Below, piece after piece: positions 42,001 to 56,100 of a stretch of DNA of 64,000 nt (position 1 is the stretch's first letter; each line of letters starts with the position of its first letter). A program made the translations under genes and the position numbers. Under the pieces are notes generated by a model that saw only the letters and a program-made list of their open reading frames with translations, searched no databases and had not been told where the DNA came from. The DNA is taken from the NCBI GenBank assembly GCA_951406725.2, contig OX597824.1, positions 46,190,001-46,254,000 of the forward strand. The letters run 5' to 3'. The stretch is from Octopus vulgaris. Taxonomy: Eukaryota.

Positions 42001-45000
42001 TCCACTAAGCATTTTGCTTGGCATGCTAATATAATGATAATAATAATAAGTAGAAGATGGTGATGATAGTTTGTTTATTACCTTTAGTTTTCCTTAATTA
42101 TGTTAATGAATATATGTTACATTAATTATCTTACCAATGCATTTGAAGTACTAAATGGTATATGTGGTGCTTGATGGCACAAATGTAGGTTTCCCAATGC
42201 AGATGTAAATTTGGATTGGTTGATTATCATGCTTGAGAAGATACATCAAGCTAAATAAAATCATGGTTGTCCTTGCAAACAGGCTTCTCTCCTACATCCC
42301 TCTTCACTTGAGCAATCCTAATCTTGCAGGTTTGTAGGTGCTGGTGCCATGTAAAAGCGCTTGTGCCAGTGCTGCATAAAAGTATCAAGTACACTCTGTA
42401 ACGTGGTTGGTATTAGGAATCACATCCAGTGATAGAAACCAATGCCAGAACGGGCATGAAACCTAGGCAGCTCATCAAACTGTCCAATCCATACCAGGAT
42501 GGAAAACAAATGCTAAATGATGATGATGACGATGAGACCTGTTTTAGCCTGTTTCTTCAGCAAATAAAATGGATGCACTTTGTTTAGAAATATTGTAGGT
42601 TATCTTTTTGAGTAGAATTAGCTTTATGAACTTGCTAAACCCTGGGTTAATAATGGTATGATATCCTGGTATAATGGTATGACATATTATATCCTGGAAG
42701 TCAAATAAATGAACAGACTGGTTGGTGTATGGGACATCTAATACTATAGATGTTAAATAAATCAATAAACTGGAGAGAATGTTGATACATCTGATATTAT
42801 GGGCATCAAATCAATAATAGATGGAAGATAAATCAATAGACAAGATGTACCATCCAACTGGACATGATGATTCTTTTATATTAACTTTGTTTCTGCTATA
42901 CCTGTTCTTAATTAATATGCTTTCTAGCTTAAAGGCAGCGAGCTGGCAGAATCATTAGCATGCTGGGCAAAATGCTTTGTGGTATTTCATCTGTCTTTGT
43001 GTTCTGAGTTCAAATGTCACCAAGGTCGATTTTGCCTTTCATCCTTTCAGAGTCAATAAAGGAAGTACCAGTTGAGCTCTCTGAGGTCAATGCAATTGAT
43101 TTAGCCCCTTCCCCCCAAACTGCTGGCCTTGTGCCAAATTTTGAAATCAGTATGTTTTCTAGCTTAAAGTATTATAACAGTGATTGGGTACCACTTTCAT
43201 AATGTTATATTTTTGTGCCTCTGCTGTTATTTTGTTTGCTGCAAAACTTTCTTCTAACTGAGCAAACCAGATAATGGTTGGTATCTCCTCTCCAAGCAGG
43301 AGGTAAAACTGTCATAGAAGCTTGCATATCTCCTCTATCGAAATAAGACATTTCAAACTCTTTAATATTTCCTCCCATTCAAATGTGTTATAATTGTCAA
43401 GAAAATTTTCCACTTAGTGAAATAATGCTTTCAACAGCTATGAAGTATAAATTTAGCTTGCTAGAAAGTGCAGTTAAAACTTCTTACAACTATTATTGTT
43501 TATTCAGCTTTCTTCTTTCTTTCAACCTTTAATATCAAATATTTCTGTTAATAAAATTTTGTGTAATGAAACTGTCATCTATTTTCTATTTAAAATTTTA
43601 TATATTTATCACTTTTATAATGTGGTCATTTACCTAATGTATCACTTTTATAAGGGTGTTTTATCTTATTCATATGGTTTCGACTTGAAATAGATAATAA
43701 ATATATTTTATTTCTTGAGTAGGAATCTATATTGATAAACCCGTCACTTATAACTTAATTATAAGCATTATCACTATACTTAAATCTGCACTCAAGCTAC
43801 ATAAATGCTGTAATGAAATATATGTCAAGATGCTTAAACGGACATGTTGAAATGTACATATATGTTGAAAATAAATAAGTTCATGTTCTTTTTCACTGCT
43901 ATAAAAACAGTTTCATAGTTGCAGAAATAAATTTCATTAACAGGTTGAAGAAAATGAAGAAAGAGAAAGTATTTACTGCATTAGTTTATTTACATTTAAT
44001 ATTTACAGTATATTTAGAAGTTAATGAAATTTGTCGTATAGAGTTACGGCATAAAATTTATACTGGCTAATTCTTTCATACTAAACTACTAGAGTTTACA
44101 CAATTCAAATAAGTCTTGTTCGATTTAAGTAATAGACATGGCATAAAAATAGCCAATATCTCAAAGGAGTGAGTATTATGGAGACAAGTGGCAACCAACG
44201 AACACTAGTATGAGTGTCGTGGAGTCTATTGACAACCAACGATCACTGATTAATTTTCCAAAAATCAGGGTTTTTATAACTGTTCAAACTCGAATTCTAA
44301 GAACCATATTTCACGAAAGATTTCTCTTTGATGAAAGTTTAGAATTCACATATGGGCAGTAATTTTAACCAATGGGAAACTAACAATTATACTTGTTCGG
44401 GCAACATGACCATTACGTCATTACTGCCTTTTACGACTTGCTATAGTATCTTCACTCTAGCAGATAACTCTACCTTATTACTCTGACTATCTGATAATAT
44501 CATACTAAGCAGCCAATATCTTCTAGATGCTGTTATGATGTTATCTTCATCATCATTTAATGTCCACTTTACCAAGCTTGCATGGGTCAGATGAAATTTA
44601 TTGAGGCAGGTTTTTCTGTGGTCAGCTGTTCTTCCTGTCACAAACCCTCACCTATTTCCAGGCTACATGTTTCCCCATGGCCAGGTATTTTTTTTCACAG
44701 TAGTCCAAAAATGATCTTATATGACTGTGGTAGTTGTTTAACACCATTGTGTGATGTCAAGACCATTTGCACTCAGTCAAATACTGCCACCCCACAAATA
44801 TGATAGATTTATTTTAGCTTTCATTTGTCAAATTCACTCAGAAGGCTATGATTAGCCCAAAGCCTTAGTAAAAGACACTTGCTCAAGGTGCCACTCAGTA
44901 GAACTGAAACCACATTGTTGGGAAGCAAGCTTCTCAACAACACAACCACATCTGCACCTTACAACCACACTTATATGTCACGGTTATGAACATTTTAATA

Positions 45001-45924
45001 AACACCCTGCAGTAATAAAAATAACTTTCTAACCAACTCAGTTTGGCAATCATTTTTAATTTCAATTGAATCAACTTCAAATTAACTTACATGTTTAATG
45101 TCTTTAGAAAAAAGCATAAATATAATTAATTCCCATTTCCTTTCCTTTATTAAAGAAAGAAATATATAAATATTTTGGAGTTTTTGTCGTTTTTTCAGAA
45201 ATGTTGTGAAAGTGACACAGTATTTTCAAAAAGAAGAAATTGCACATAATATTATGATTTCAAGAGGAACAATTTACAGTCAGCATCATATGGAAAATGA
45301 TAATGCCATTAATTTATTTTTATGGCCCAGAATAAAGTATGAAGGTATTTGAAATTTTTGATCATTTAATGGGGATTCTCTTGAGTAATTGCTGTGCATA
45401 AGGCACAGGTATTACTGTGTGGATGTAGAGATTGGTTCATAAGCATGTAGTTTTGAATTCCATTCCACTACATGACTCTTTGGACAAGTGACTTAACTTT
45501 CAGTTGACCAATAATGCTTTGTAAATGAAATTGGTAAGCAGAACCTAAACAAAAGTCGGTCATATTACATGATATATATGTGTGTGTACACACACACAAG
45601 CAGTATAGAAGCATATATAACTACATGTGGATTGTTGGCGATTTTTTTTCCTCTCTCTTCTTTTTCTCTTGGACTTTCCTCTGTCTCCTGTTTCCGAAGA
45701 AGAGCTTTGCTCAAAACATAAAGCACCCTTTCTTTGCTTCCTTGAGTGTCTTTTAATACTTTGCTTGCACCATGTCCTCGTGTTGTTGTTGTTTTCTTGT
45801 TGTGTTTTTCTTTGTTTTTTTGGGGATGAACTATATATATATATATATATATATAGTAGAAATATGTTACAAAAAGAAAGTATTATATATATATATATAG
45901 TAGAAATATGTTACAAAAAGAAAG

Positions 45925-45966
<42 letters not shown>

Positions 45967-46660
45967 TCACACACACACACACGCAAGTATTTATGTATAT
46001 ACATCATCATCATTTAACATCCGTTTTCCATGCTGGCATGGATTAGACAGTTTGATAGAGGCCGGCCAGCTGAGGAGCTGTCCAGGCTCCATGTCTGTTT
46101 TGGCAAGGTTTCTACAGCTGGATGCCCTTCCTAATGCCAACCACTTTACAGAGTGTACCGGGTGCCTTTACACAGCACCAGCATGGGTGCTTCTACATGG
46201 CACCAGAACCTACAAGCTCACAAGATTAGAAGCTCTCAACTGGAAAGGGATGCAAAAGACATTCTTGTATGCAAAGATGACCATGTATTAGTTTGATGTG
46301 TCTTCTCAAGCACAGCAAACTACCAGAAGTCTTGTTCCCCTGTCATCCCTTCTGTGAGGCCCAACATCTGAAGATCCTTTCTCACCACTTCATCCCACAT
46401 CTTCCTGAGTCTACCCCTTCCACATATTTCCTCCATAAATAGAGACTGGCACTTCTTGATGCAACTGTCTTCATCCATACACATAATATGATCATACTAG
46501 CTCAATTTTCTCTCTTGCATGCTACATCTGATACCCAGTTTTTCCCTCAAATCACTTACACTCTGTTGCATATGCATGCTGACATTATCCATCCAGTGGA
46601 GCATACTGGCTTCATTTTTCTCAAGCTTTTGCATGTCCTCAGGAGTCACAGCTCACATAC

Positions 46661-46706
<46 letters not shown>

Positions 46707-49700
46707 CACATACAGACAGACAGACGCACACACACACACATACACATACACACATGAATTTATGCAAGCATGTATATACATACATGTGTGTGTGAGACTG
46801 ATGCCAGATTTACATCTGTAAATAATACATCTTCTGGTTCAGTAGTTTCAATGTGTGAAGACTAATGGAATACAATACCTTACTTGGAAAAGCGGTAAAG
46901 TTTGGTGACAAGAAGGGCATCAAGTCATAGAATACTGCCTCAGTAAGTCTCATCTGATCTATTCCAGTATGGGAAATGTGGACATAAAAGCAACAATGGT
47001 TGTTTATGATGATGGTGGTGGAATCCATCCCCATATAACTACCATTCCTTCCTCTCTTTTCTTCACATTCCCCTCCTCCCCACCAAATACACTCAGAAAT
47101 ATCCACATAACTCAATCAACCTTCTCACTGGTCAACATGGATAAACAATCCTCAGTTAAACATTCATTATTGCTACGAGCAGAAAGACTGCCCTCCAGGC
47201 GATTTTCTGCTAGCCACTAGATACTATTTCCACAATTGATTCCCAATTCTAATAATTTTTATGATATTTTACCTCTAATTATTACCTCTGTCATAATGAA
47301 GGTGGAGGTATTGTTTTCAGTTGTGTTTGTTTGTTTGTGAACAAGATATTTCAAAAACTGCTGGATGGATTTGGATGAAATTTTCAGGGATGTTTGGCCT
47401 CATGACTGGCATGAACAGATTAGACTTTGGGATCAATCTGGTACTAGACAAGGATTCTGGATTATTTTTCCTGTTTTTTTTACTTAATTTTTGAGAGCGG
47501 TCGGGTTCATTTTTAGTATTCTTGTTTGTGAGAGCAGTTGAGTTTATTTCAGGTATTTTCATTTTAAAAATAATCTCTGGCTAATCATTGAGAGAATGTT
47601 CGTGTTGCCATGGCAGAGGTTTGTGCTCTCTGAGTGGTCTTGTTTCTTTGTATAATAGTGCTTTTATCAGTCATAATCTCTCTTTTTTAAAGAGTCAGTC
47701 TGTTATATATATTTATCATTAATAGTGGGTAGAATTTACATAGGTGTGCATAGGTAAGTGAGTGGGTGGGTGGGTGTTTATACACATACTCACACATACA
47801 AAAGTCTGGTGCTATGAGAACACATGGGAATGATGTTTCCTTACTTTTTCAAATATACCCAAATTTAAAATGATCTAATATAACTATCATTTATTTGGTA
47901 TGTATTGAAATATACCAAAACAATTTAATTCCACACAAATATATGTTACTTTATATATAATTTATGTGTTAATTCTATTTACTGAAACTTGCTAAAAAGC
48001 ATATTTTGCTTTAAAGAAGTATCTCCTTGTAGACACAATTGTCGTTAAGCATACTGTTTCCATTTCTCTCAGCCAATAGTTTTACATTAGCTTTCTTTTG
48101 AACTCTAGATAATGCAACATACAGCTGACCATGTGGAAAGAATTGTGTTGGAAGATATATTCCAATTTGTCCAAAAGTCTGCCCATGTGCCTTGTTGCAC
48201 ATCAAGGCAAAAGCTGGCTTGACAGGAAATTGTTTGCATGTGAATGTAAATGGAAATTCCATTTCTTGAGATACATGTGGTATTGTTGGGATTATCAGAG
48301 TTGATCCTGCATAAGGACCAGAAGCAACCTCAGCCTCAATAACACGATCATGTAAACTGATAATGATGTAATGTGTGCCATTGCAATGTCCATTATTAGC
48401 ATCTAAATTTCTCAGAAGCATCATTTTTTCCTTCAGTTTGAGAATATGTAGTGGAAACCTCTGATGGTGTAAGTTTGTTGATGAACTCGATTGAGTACAG
48501 AGTTTCATTATCTATTGTATCTGAGCTTCTGTATATTTTTAGCTCACCAGGGATCCTGGTCAACAGAAAATCATTCACAAATTGTGCTGCTTCATTTGTT
48601 GGAGTAACAATGGATCTGAAAGCGTACCACTTTCAAGGCAAGGATCATTGGGTAGTTTGATTCTGAATTCACCTAGGCTTTGTTCAACAGAAATGTTACC
48701 ATTTCCTACATCAAGAAGGTAATTAGCAAACTCTCATCAGAATGACCTTCTGTAAGAAGTCTTAGATTGGTTGTCAACTCCACTACTTCCACATGATTAC
48801 AAAGAAAAGATCTCTTTAGTTTTGCATCAACAATTTGTGATCTGACACCATTATTTTGAAGTAGAAATTCTCCTCTTGAGATACCCTAACCAGTTGGTCA
48901 TGTGTAGCGGAAACAGAATCATGTCTACATTTCTGTGCATATTTAGGCATCTGTTTCAGTCACTTTACCCTGACTTTACTCAGTTGCCTGTCTTTCTTTC
49001 TGCCATTGTGCCTTTCCTGCTAAATTTCCTTTTTCGGTCACATATTATATATAAATGAAAGCTCATGAAAAACTATGTTGTTTAGCATGCTAGAAATAGC
49101 AGCGATCATATATTTATTATCATAAGGCCTATGGCGTTCCAAGTAGCCATACCAACAAAATCACTTCTTCATTTAAAAAAAAATTATACCAGTATATTAA
49201 AGAATCTTCATCTTATCAAAGATATTCATTTAAACAACTCCAGAAACTGATAGTATTCTTGAAATTGTGCCTTGTATCAAAGTTATACAGCTATATAGTG
49301 CAAGCATGAAATGCAAAAATCATATACGTGAAAGCTCGTTAAAATCTATCTCATTTAGCATGCTAGAAATAGCAGCAATCACATAGTTATTATTGTAAGG
49401 CTTATAGCATTCCAAGTAGCCATATCAATAAAATTACTTCTTCATTAAAAAAAAATTACACTGGTATATTAAAGAATTTTCATTTTATCAAAAATATTCA
49501 TTCAACAAACTCTGGAAACTGATAATATTCTGGAAATTGTGCCTTGTATCAAAGTTATATAGCTATCATTGAATTATCATTAATGAAAATTGAGGCAAGT
49601 GAGAATGAGAGACTGTTGTAAATAAAAACATAAAATGTTGCCTGCAACAAATTAATAGTGCTTATTAAACATTAAAATCTACTCTGTAGTGAATGCAATG

Positions 49701-50115
49701 AATATTTAAATTCATGACGAATTGAATGCAGTGAATGCAATGAATATTTAAATTTGTGAGAATTTGGAATTAAAAAGATTCAAACTTCAGAAATCGAAAT
49801 TATAGGCAATTTCTTAGATCATGAATTTATAAATATATTTCCAGACACTCAAGCTTTTAATATTGCTTTCTTTTAGTACTTTTAGTAATTGTTACATACC
49901 TAATTAATAAGCAGCTTCCGCCATTATAGTATAAATATCGCCTGAAGAAATGAATCCATGAAGATGATCTACTTGATGGCCACAGATACTATGGACTACA
50001 CTGTAATTATCTCAGGAATGTGGTCTGTGATCTTCAGAGACTGTGATTTGTGGAAATATGCATAGCAATGCATTAAAATATTTATAAATTCCATCCAAGG
50101 ATTATTGTCATTATC

Positions 50116-50149
<34 letters not shown>

Positions 50150-51892
50150 CATACACACATATATATATATATCATCATCATCATCATTTAATGTTCATTG
50201 TCCATGCTGAAATGGGTTTGACAGTTTGACTGGGCTGGCACGCACCACACTCCTGTCTGATTTGGCTGGTTGTAATAGGTGCTTTTGCATGTCGCTGGCA
50301 CAGGTGCCATTTCTGTGACACTGGAGTGTGTTTACATGCCATTGGCACTTGCCAATTTATGCAACACTGATATTTACTATGACTGCGATTTTGCTTGGCT
50401 TGATGGGTCTTATTCTCAAGCTTAACATTATGCCAAAGGTCTCAGTTATTGCCTCTGTGAGGCCCAACACTGAAAAGGAACTCAGCCACCTTGCCTCCAT
50501 CAGGCCCAGCACTCCAAAGGAACTCAACCACTTTGCCTCCGTCAGGCCCAATGCTCAAAAAGAACTTGGCCACTTTGCTTCTGTGAGGCCCAACGCTTAA
50601 GAGAAACTCAACCACTTTGCCTCCATGAGGCCCAATGTTCAAAGGATGTTCTTTACATGCCACCTGCACAGGTGCACTTGGCTTGATGGGTCCTCTCAAG
50701 CACAGATCTTGATCACCAGTCATTGCCTCTGTGAGGCTCAAAGATCATGCTTCACCACCTCGTCCCATGTCTTCTTGGGCCTACCTCTACCACAGATTCA
50801 CTCCATAATTAGAAATCGGCACTTCTTTGCACAGTTGCCTTCATCCATATGCATCACATGACCATACCAGTGCAGTTGTCTCTCTTGTACACCACATCTG
50901 ATACATACATATGTATATATATGTTGTATTTCAGGATTGTCATTTCTTTTTCTTGCCAAATAAACACATGCACTATGATGTGAACCCCTACATACACACA
51001 CACACACATGAAACTTCAACTAACACAGTCAGCAGTAGTGGCGGTGCCTACGATGGCAATAGCAAAAACAACTTCCACAATGGCAACACCCTGGGTGAAC
51101 ACACATACACAGAGGAATACAAGAACTGTACCGTTTTTTTTTTTTTTGCAGGTCTTAGGACAGCAGCAGCACAATGGAGTGAAAGGATGGGGCTGAGGGG
51201 AAGGCCACACTGCTGCTAAAAACTATGATACACACACACACACGTGCGCACACACAAACAAGGATACACATGCATGTGCACATGAGGATACACATCTTAC
51301 AAGAAAAGAATGGTGTAAGTGGAGCAAGAACACACACGAAAACAAAAAGTGTCACTGAAGAGGTGACAGATGTGTGATGAAAGATTTCCAGACATAAGTT
51401 AAAATAACAAAATAAGAACATACAGTTCTATATTTAAGAGATGAGGAATTATGTATATTATTTACATTTGACGGATATTTGTTAATACAACATTTAGGCT
51501 GATATACCATCCAGCCTTCATCAGGGACCCACAGGTATATGGCATAGTGGTTAAGAGCTTGGGCTACTAACCCCAAGATTTCAACTTCGATTCCAGGCAG
51601 TGACCTGAATAATAATAATATCTTAGGTATGAGAACTCAGGTTCAAAATTTCCCCAAGACACCTGATGAAGGCTAGAGGATATGTCAGCTGAAATGTTGT
51701 GCTAACAACAAAGAGGATGAGGACAAATATCTGTCAAATATAAATAATGTAAAATAAGAACAGTAATAAACGATTGAATAAAAAGTATATAGCGCATGTG
51801 TTTATTTGGTAAAAATAAAATGACCTTCTCGAAATACAACAATATCTGTTTCAACACACGATTTCACCTCAGGAATCTTGCAAAATGAATCG

Positions 51893-51937
<45 letters not shown>

Positions 51938-53113
51938 CATTGAGTATCCATGTATTTTGATTTGGGTATGAAGATATTTTGAAAATATCTCACAGAATAG
52001 TGACCATGCCCTGCATAGTTACAGGCTGCCCTTTGGCAAGGCATAGCACCTGTTCAGCCACCCTACCAGGGATATGGTAAATTCATGGGACTGCAACAGG
52101 GTAGATTGTGAAGAGGAAGAAAAGCTCAGATGAGCCAACAGTTGTTCTCACGTTGATGCTGAATGAAGGAATCTGAGAAGATCAATGGTCAGGATCAGAA
52201 AGCCCTAATAAGAGAGCAACTGCAATACATCCATAGGGTTGTGTAATCAGCTATTGAAAGAATCACTATAACTCAAACTCCTGGTGAGAGATAGTCATGA
52301 GTATCCACGAAAACAGCATAAATATATATGTACACACACACACACTCACACACACAAGCTCACACATTTAAATGTATAGGCCTTAAGGTATTGTATTTCT
52401 ATAAAAGTATTTATTCTTCTGCTTAGGCTTGTTTTTCAAACCTTCATTGTGACACACTTTTATCTCACCCCTTGCCATCTAGGGAATATATGAATTGCTA
52501 TGAGTATTTTTATCATTATCATCTTCATCCTTCTCCTTTTACTTCTCCTCCACCCCCTGTTCCTCCTCTGCTTCTTCATGAGAACTTTAATGCCATTTTC
52601 TCATGGTAGCATCAGTGGGACATAACTTAAGGAATTCACATTATCCTGGTTTTTAAACAATAGGTGACCTACTGTTTAAATGTTCTCTTTCTCTCACTCC
52701 CCCTGTCACACACATGGTAAGTTTAGTAGAATGAGGTGATGGTAACTTGCTACACCCTCTTCTTGCTGTTCTAATTTGTATGTTATGCATTCCCTTGTGA
52801 ATTTTGTATTGAATGATAAACATGTTTAATAGTACACTGTTTTGCTATATTTCAAAGTATGTACTCAAAAATTGATGATGATGATCCTCCTCCTCCTCCT
52901 CCTTTCTTCTATAGACTAAAGGCTTGAAATTTTTAGGGGGGAGGCTAAGTGATTACATTGACACCAGTATTCAACTGATACTTATTTTAATGACCTCAAA
53001 AGGGAGAAAGGCAAAGTCAACTTCGACAGAATTTGAACTCGAGATGTAAAGACAGATGAAATACTGCTAAGCATTTTGTCCTGTATGCTAACGATCCAGC
53101 CAGCTTACAGCTT

Positions 53114-53154
<41 letters not shown>

Positions 53155-56100
53155 AAGATAATTATTATTATTATTATCATTCAGTAGTTTTATTTTTATA
53201 GTGTGCTTTCACTTCACTACCGAGTGCAGCTCTGTGTGCCTTGGTTACTGTATTGAAAGTGTTATTATTATTATTATTGAGTGAGAGAGCAGTACATGCC
53301 ATCAAAGTGACACTGGAGTAAAATATACGAAGCCCAGTATACCCATCATGACTACCCGTCTGATAAGGGTACACTAGGCACATGCATCACAACCATATGT
53401 GCGCGACATGGTGATCTCATAGCAAGATAAACAGCACATGACCTTGCAGGTGGGGCCCAGTTAGAATTTTCTTCTGGTCGAGTAACCCATCCCACTCAAA
53501 AGGTCCCTGAATAAGGGTTGTTTAAGGATGTTGAACGAAATACCCATGTTTCGAGAGGTGAATTATTCAAATTCCAAAGAATCCCTCTCAACACATGGCT
53601 ATGATGCTCCCCAACTACTTCTGCTTGTGATCAGAGATGCACATATCATCAGCCACTAAGGGACATGCGCAACTGGTTAAGGTCAAACAACTGACAAGCA
53701 AATCTGTGGTATTGAGCAGAATATTTGCTGTAACCCATCTTTTATACCAAGACAAAACAATGTACATGATAACACTTCCAATCAGTTAAGATCAGAAGCC
53801 GTGTGAGCCACTGTCTAGTACTGCATCAGGGCATTTATTATTATTGTTGTTGTTGCTGCTGCTGCTGTTGTTGTTGTAATGATTTCTTTTATTGGTCACA
53901 AGGGCCCAAGACATGGAGAACAATATTGAATGATGAGTTACAGCACAAAAAAAATTACAAAAGCTGCAAAAACATATGGGGTTAACATCAATCAAAAGGA
54001 GATACTAATACATTAAAGGATGTAACAGAGGATATGTAATAGAAAGTAGAGAAATAAATAAATAAGTAAATAAATAGAATCCCCAATAGCAAGGCAGTCC
54101 ACTTAGAGTAATCCAAGGTAAATCCAACACGAAAATCCTGGATTACTCTGCCATCTCCAAGGCATGAGAAAGTGCCTTTTTCCAGTTTCTTTCCTCCTGC
54201 TTAGAAAAGCCTATTGAGAGTAGATCCATTCAGTCTTACCAGTCTTGCCACTGTCAACCCCTTTTTGAATAACACACTAGAAGGCAGCACTTCCCTCTCT
54301 ACCCTCACCTTCCTCTTCAAATGATATTTGAAGAAATTGATGAGGGCTTGACCAGATAGGAATGTGCTTGTCTTCAAACCTTTCAGACAGGTCCATAACA
54401 CAGCCTCTTTTGCCACAGCCACTAAGCAGAGAAAGATCTGCTTTCTTTCTTTGTTAAGGGAAGGTGGTACGTCGATCTTCACTGTACACTCAGCAGCCAG
54501 CTGAATTCATCTTACACCTGGCAACAGCTGCTCCATAAAATCCCACAACTCTCTAATGCATGGACACTGAATTATTGCATGCAGGGCGGTTTCGCCCTCT
54601 TGCAGGCATCTCAAGCAGGTCTGGCTGTTGATACTTCCATGCCTGACGAACTTGTCTTGAATGGGCAATGCCCCTCTGTAGCACTGCCAAGCCAAAGACT
54701 TTTGGAAATTATCCATGATCTTCGACCTGAAGGTCCTCTGGAAGAGACTACTCAGACTGTTCTTGTTGATGCCTAGATTCAATTCTAGGCCATTAATAAT
54801 GATGGTCACTCCTGTCACTTTTTACATATGAGCGTTTGGAGGAGAGGATTTAAAAAAAAAGAAAAGAAAAAAGAAAAAAACAACTTTAAAAATAAAAGAA
54901 GCTGCATCTATTTGTGATGGATGCATGAATGTAATTTGAGTCTAGATATGGATTTTGCTATGAAGTCACAATGGGGACACTGATGATTTTGATTTTTTCT
55001 GGGATTGGGCAAATGTATCTGTCAATTGTAGGATATAATTCTTTTTATGTTCTGTTTCTTCAACTGAAATTATTTTGATGCATCATGACACATTTTATGT
55101 CATACAAATCGATCTAGGCAATAACTTTCCCAAGATGTCAAACTAGACTGTAGAGATTTTAGTGATTGCTTCAACTTATCCTTATATCTAAGGATGGGCC
55201 TTCCTTTACTATTGTATCCCTCTACTTGTTGACCTCACAAAAGAATTTTCAGATGTAATCATCTTTCACCCAAACAACATGTCCTACCCATTGGCACTGA
55301 ATTCTCAATAGCATGCTTTTGATACTAGAGATATCACATCTTACTAAGATTTTGACATTTGATATCTTATCTTACCATTTTATCTTGTAAATATTAGGGG
55401 CAAACAGCACAGGTCTAAAATTTTAGTAGGGAGGGATTAGTTGATTACCTTAACTCTGATGCTCTACTGGTACTTTATTATCTCAAAAGAATGAAAACAA
55501 TGTCAAACTTAGTGATTTGAACTGAGAATGTAAAAATGAAATGACATGCCACCAAGTATTTTGTCCAGTGTGCTTATGATTCTGTCAGCTTGATGTAATA
55601 ATGATAATAATAATAATGATGATGATGATAATCCTTTCTACTATAGGCAAAAGGCTTGACATTTTGTGGTAGGGGACAAGTTAGAGAAGTTGATTACATC
55701 AGTCCTAGTGTTTCAGTGGTACTTAATTTATTGACCCTGAAAGGATGAAAGGTAGAGTCAACCTCAGCATAATTTGAACTCAGAACACACACACACACAT
55801 ACACATGATGGGCTCCTTTTCAGTTTCTGTCTACCAATCCACTCAGAAAGCTTTGGTTCACTTGAGACAATAGTAGAAGACATGTACCCAAGATACTACA
55901 CAGCCATGCCTATGCCTATATGCACACAGTTACATCTGTGCCTATTGGAATGTTTTGAAATAAATAAATATTTGCATAAAAGCAACCAGGACTGTGAACT
56001 GAGATTTAAGGGGTAAAAAAAAAAGTGGGCAACCATAGTTTTGAATACTTCTAACACATCATTATTCTGTGATTTATACATTTATCTCAATGAAAGTTTT

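Noticed and set aside
45856-45928. Exact 29-bp duplication within (TA)n
   Set aside because: Explained by slippage or an assembly artefact in a microsatellite.
48011-48508. Host PIF1 helicase gene
   Set aside because: It is intronless, frameshifted and truncated, with Helitron-type motifs.
51534-51605. Functional tRNA gene with an ACT anticodon
   Set aside because: There is no acceptor stem and the T arm is degenerate; it is better explained as a SINE head. The same applies to 2761-2848.
53770-53835. U2 snRNA-like sequence
   Set aside because: Only short, weak similarity; no U2 5' end, branch-point pairing region or Sm site.
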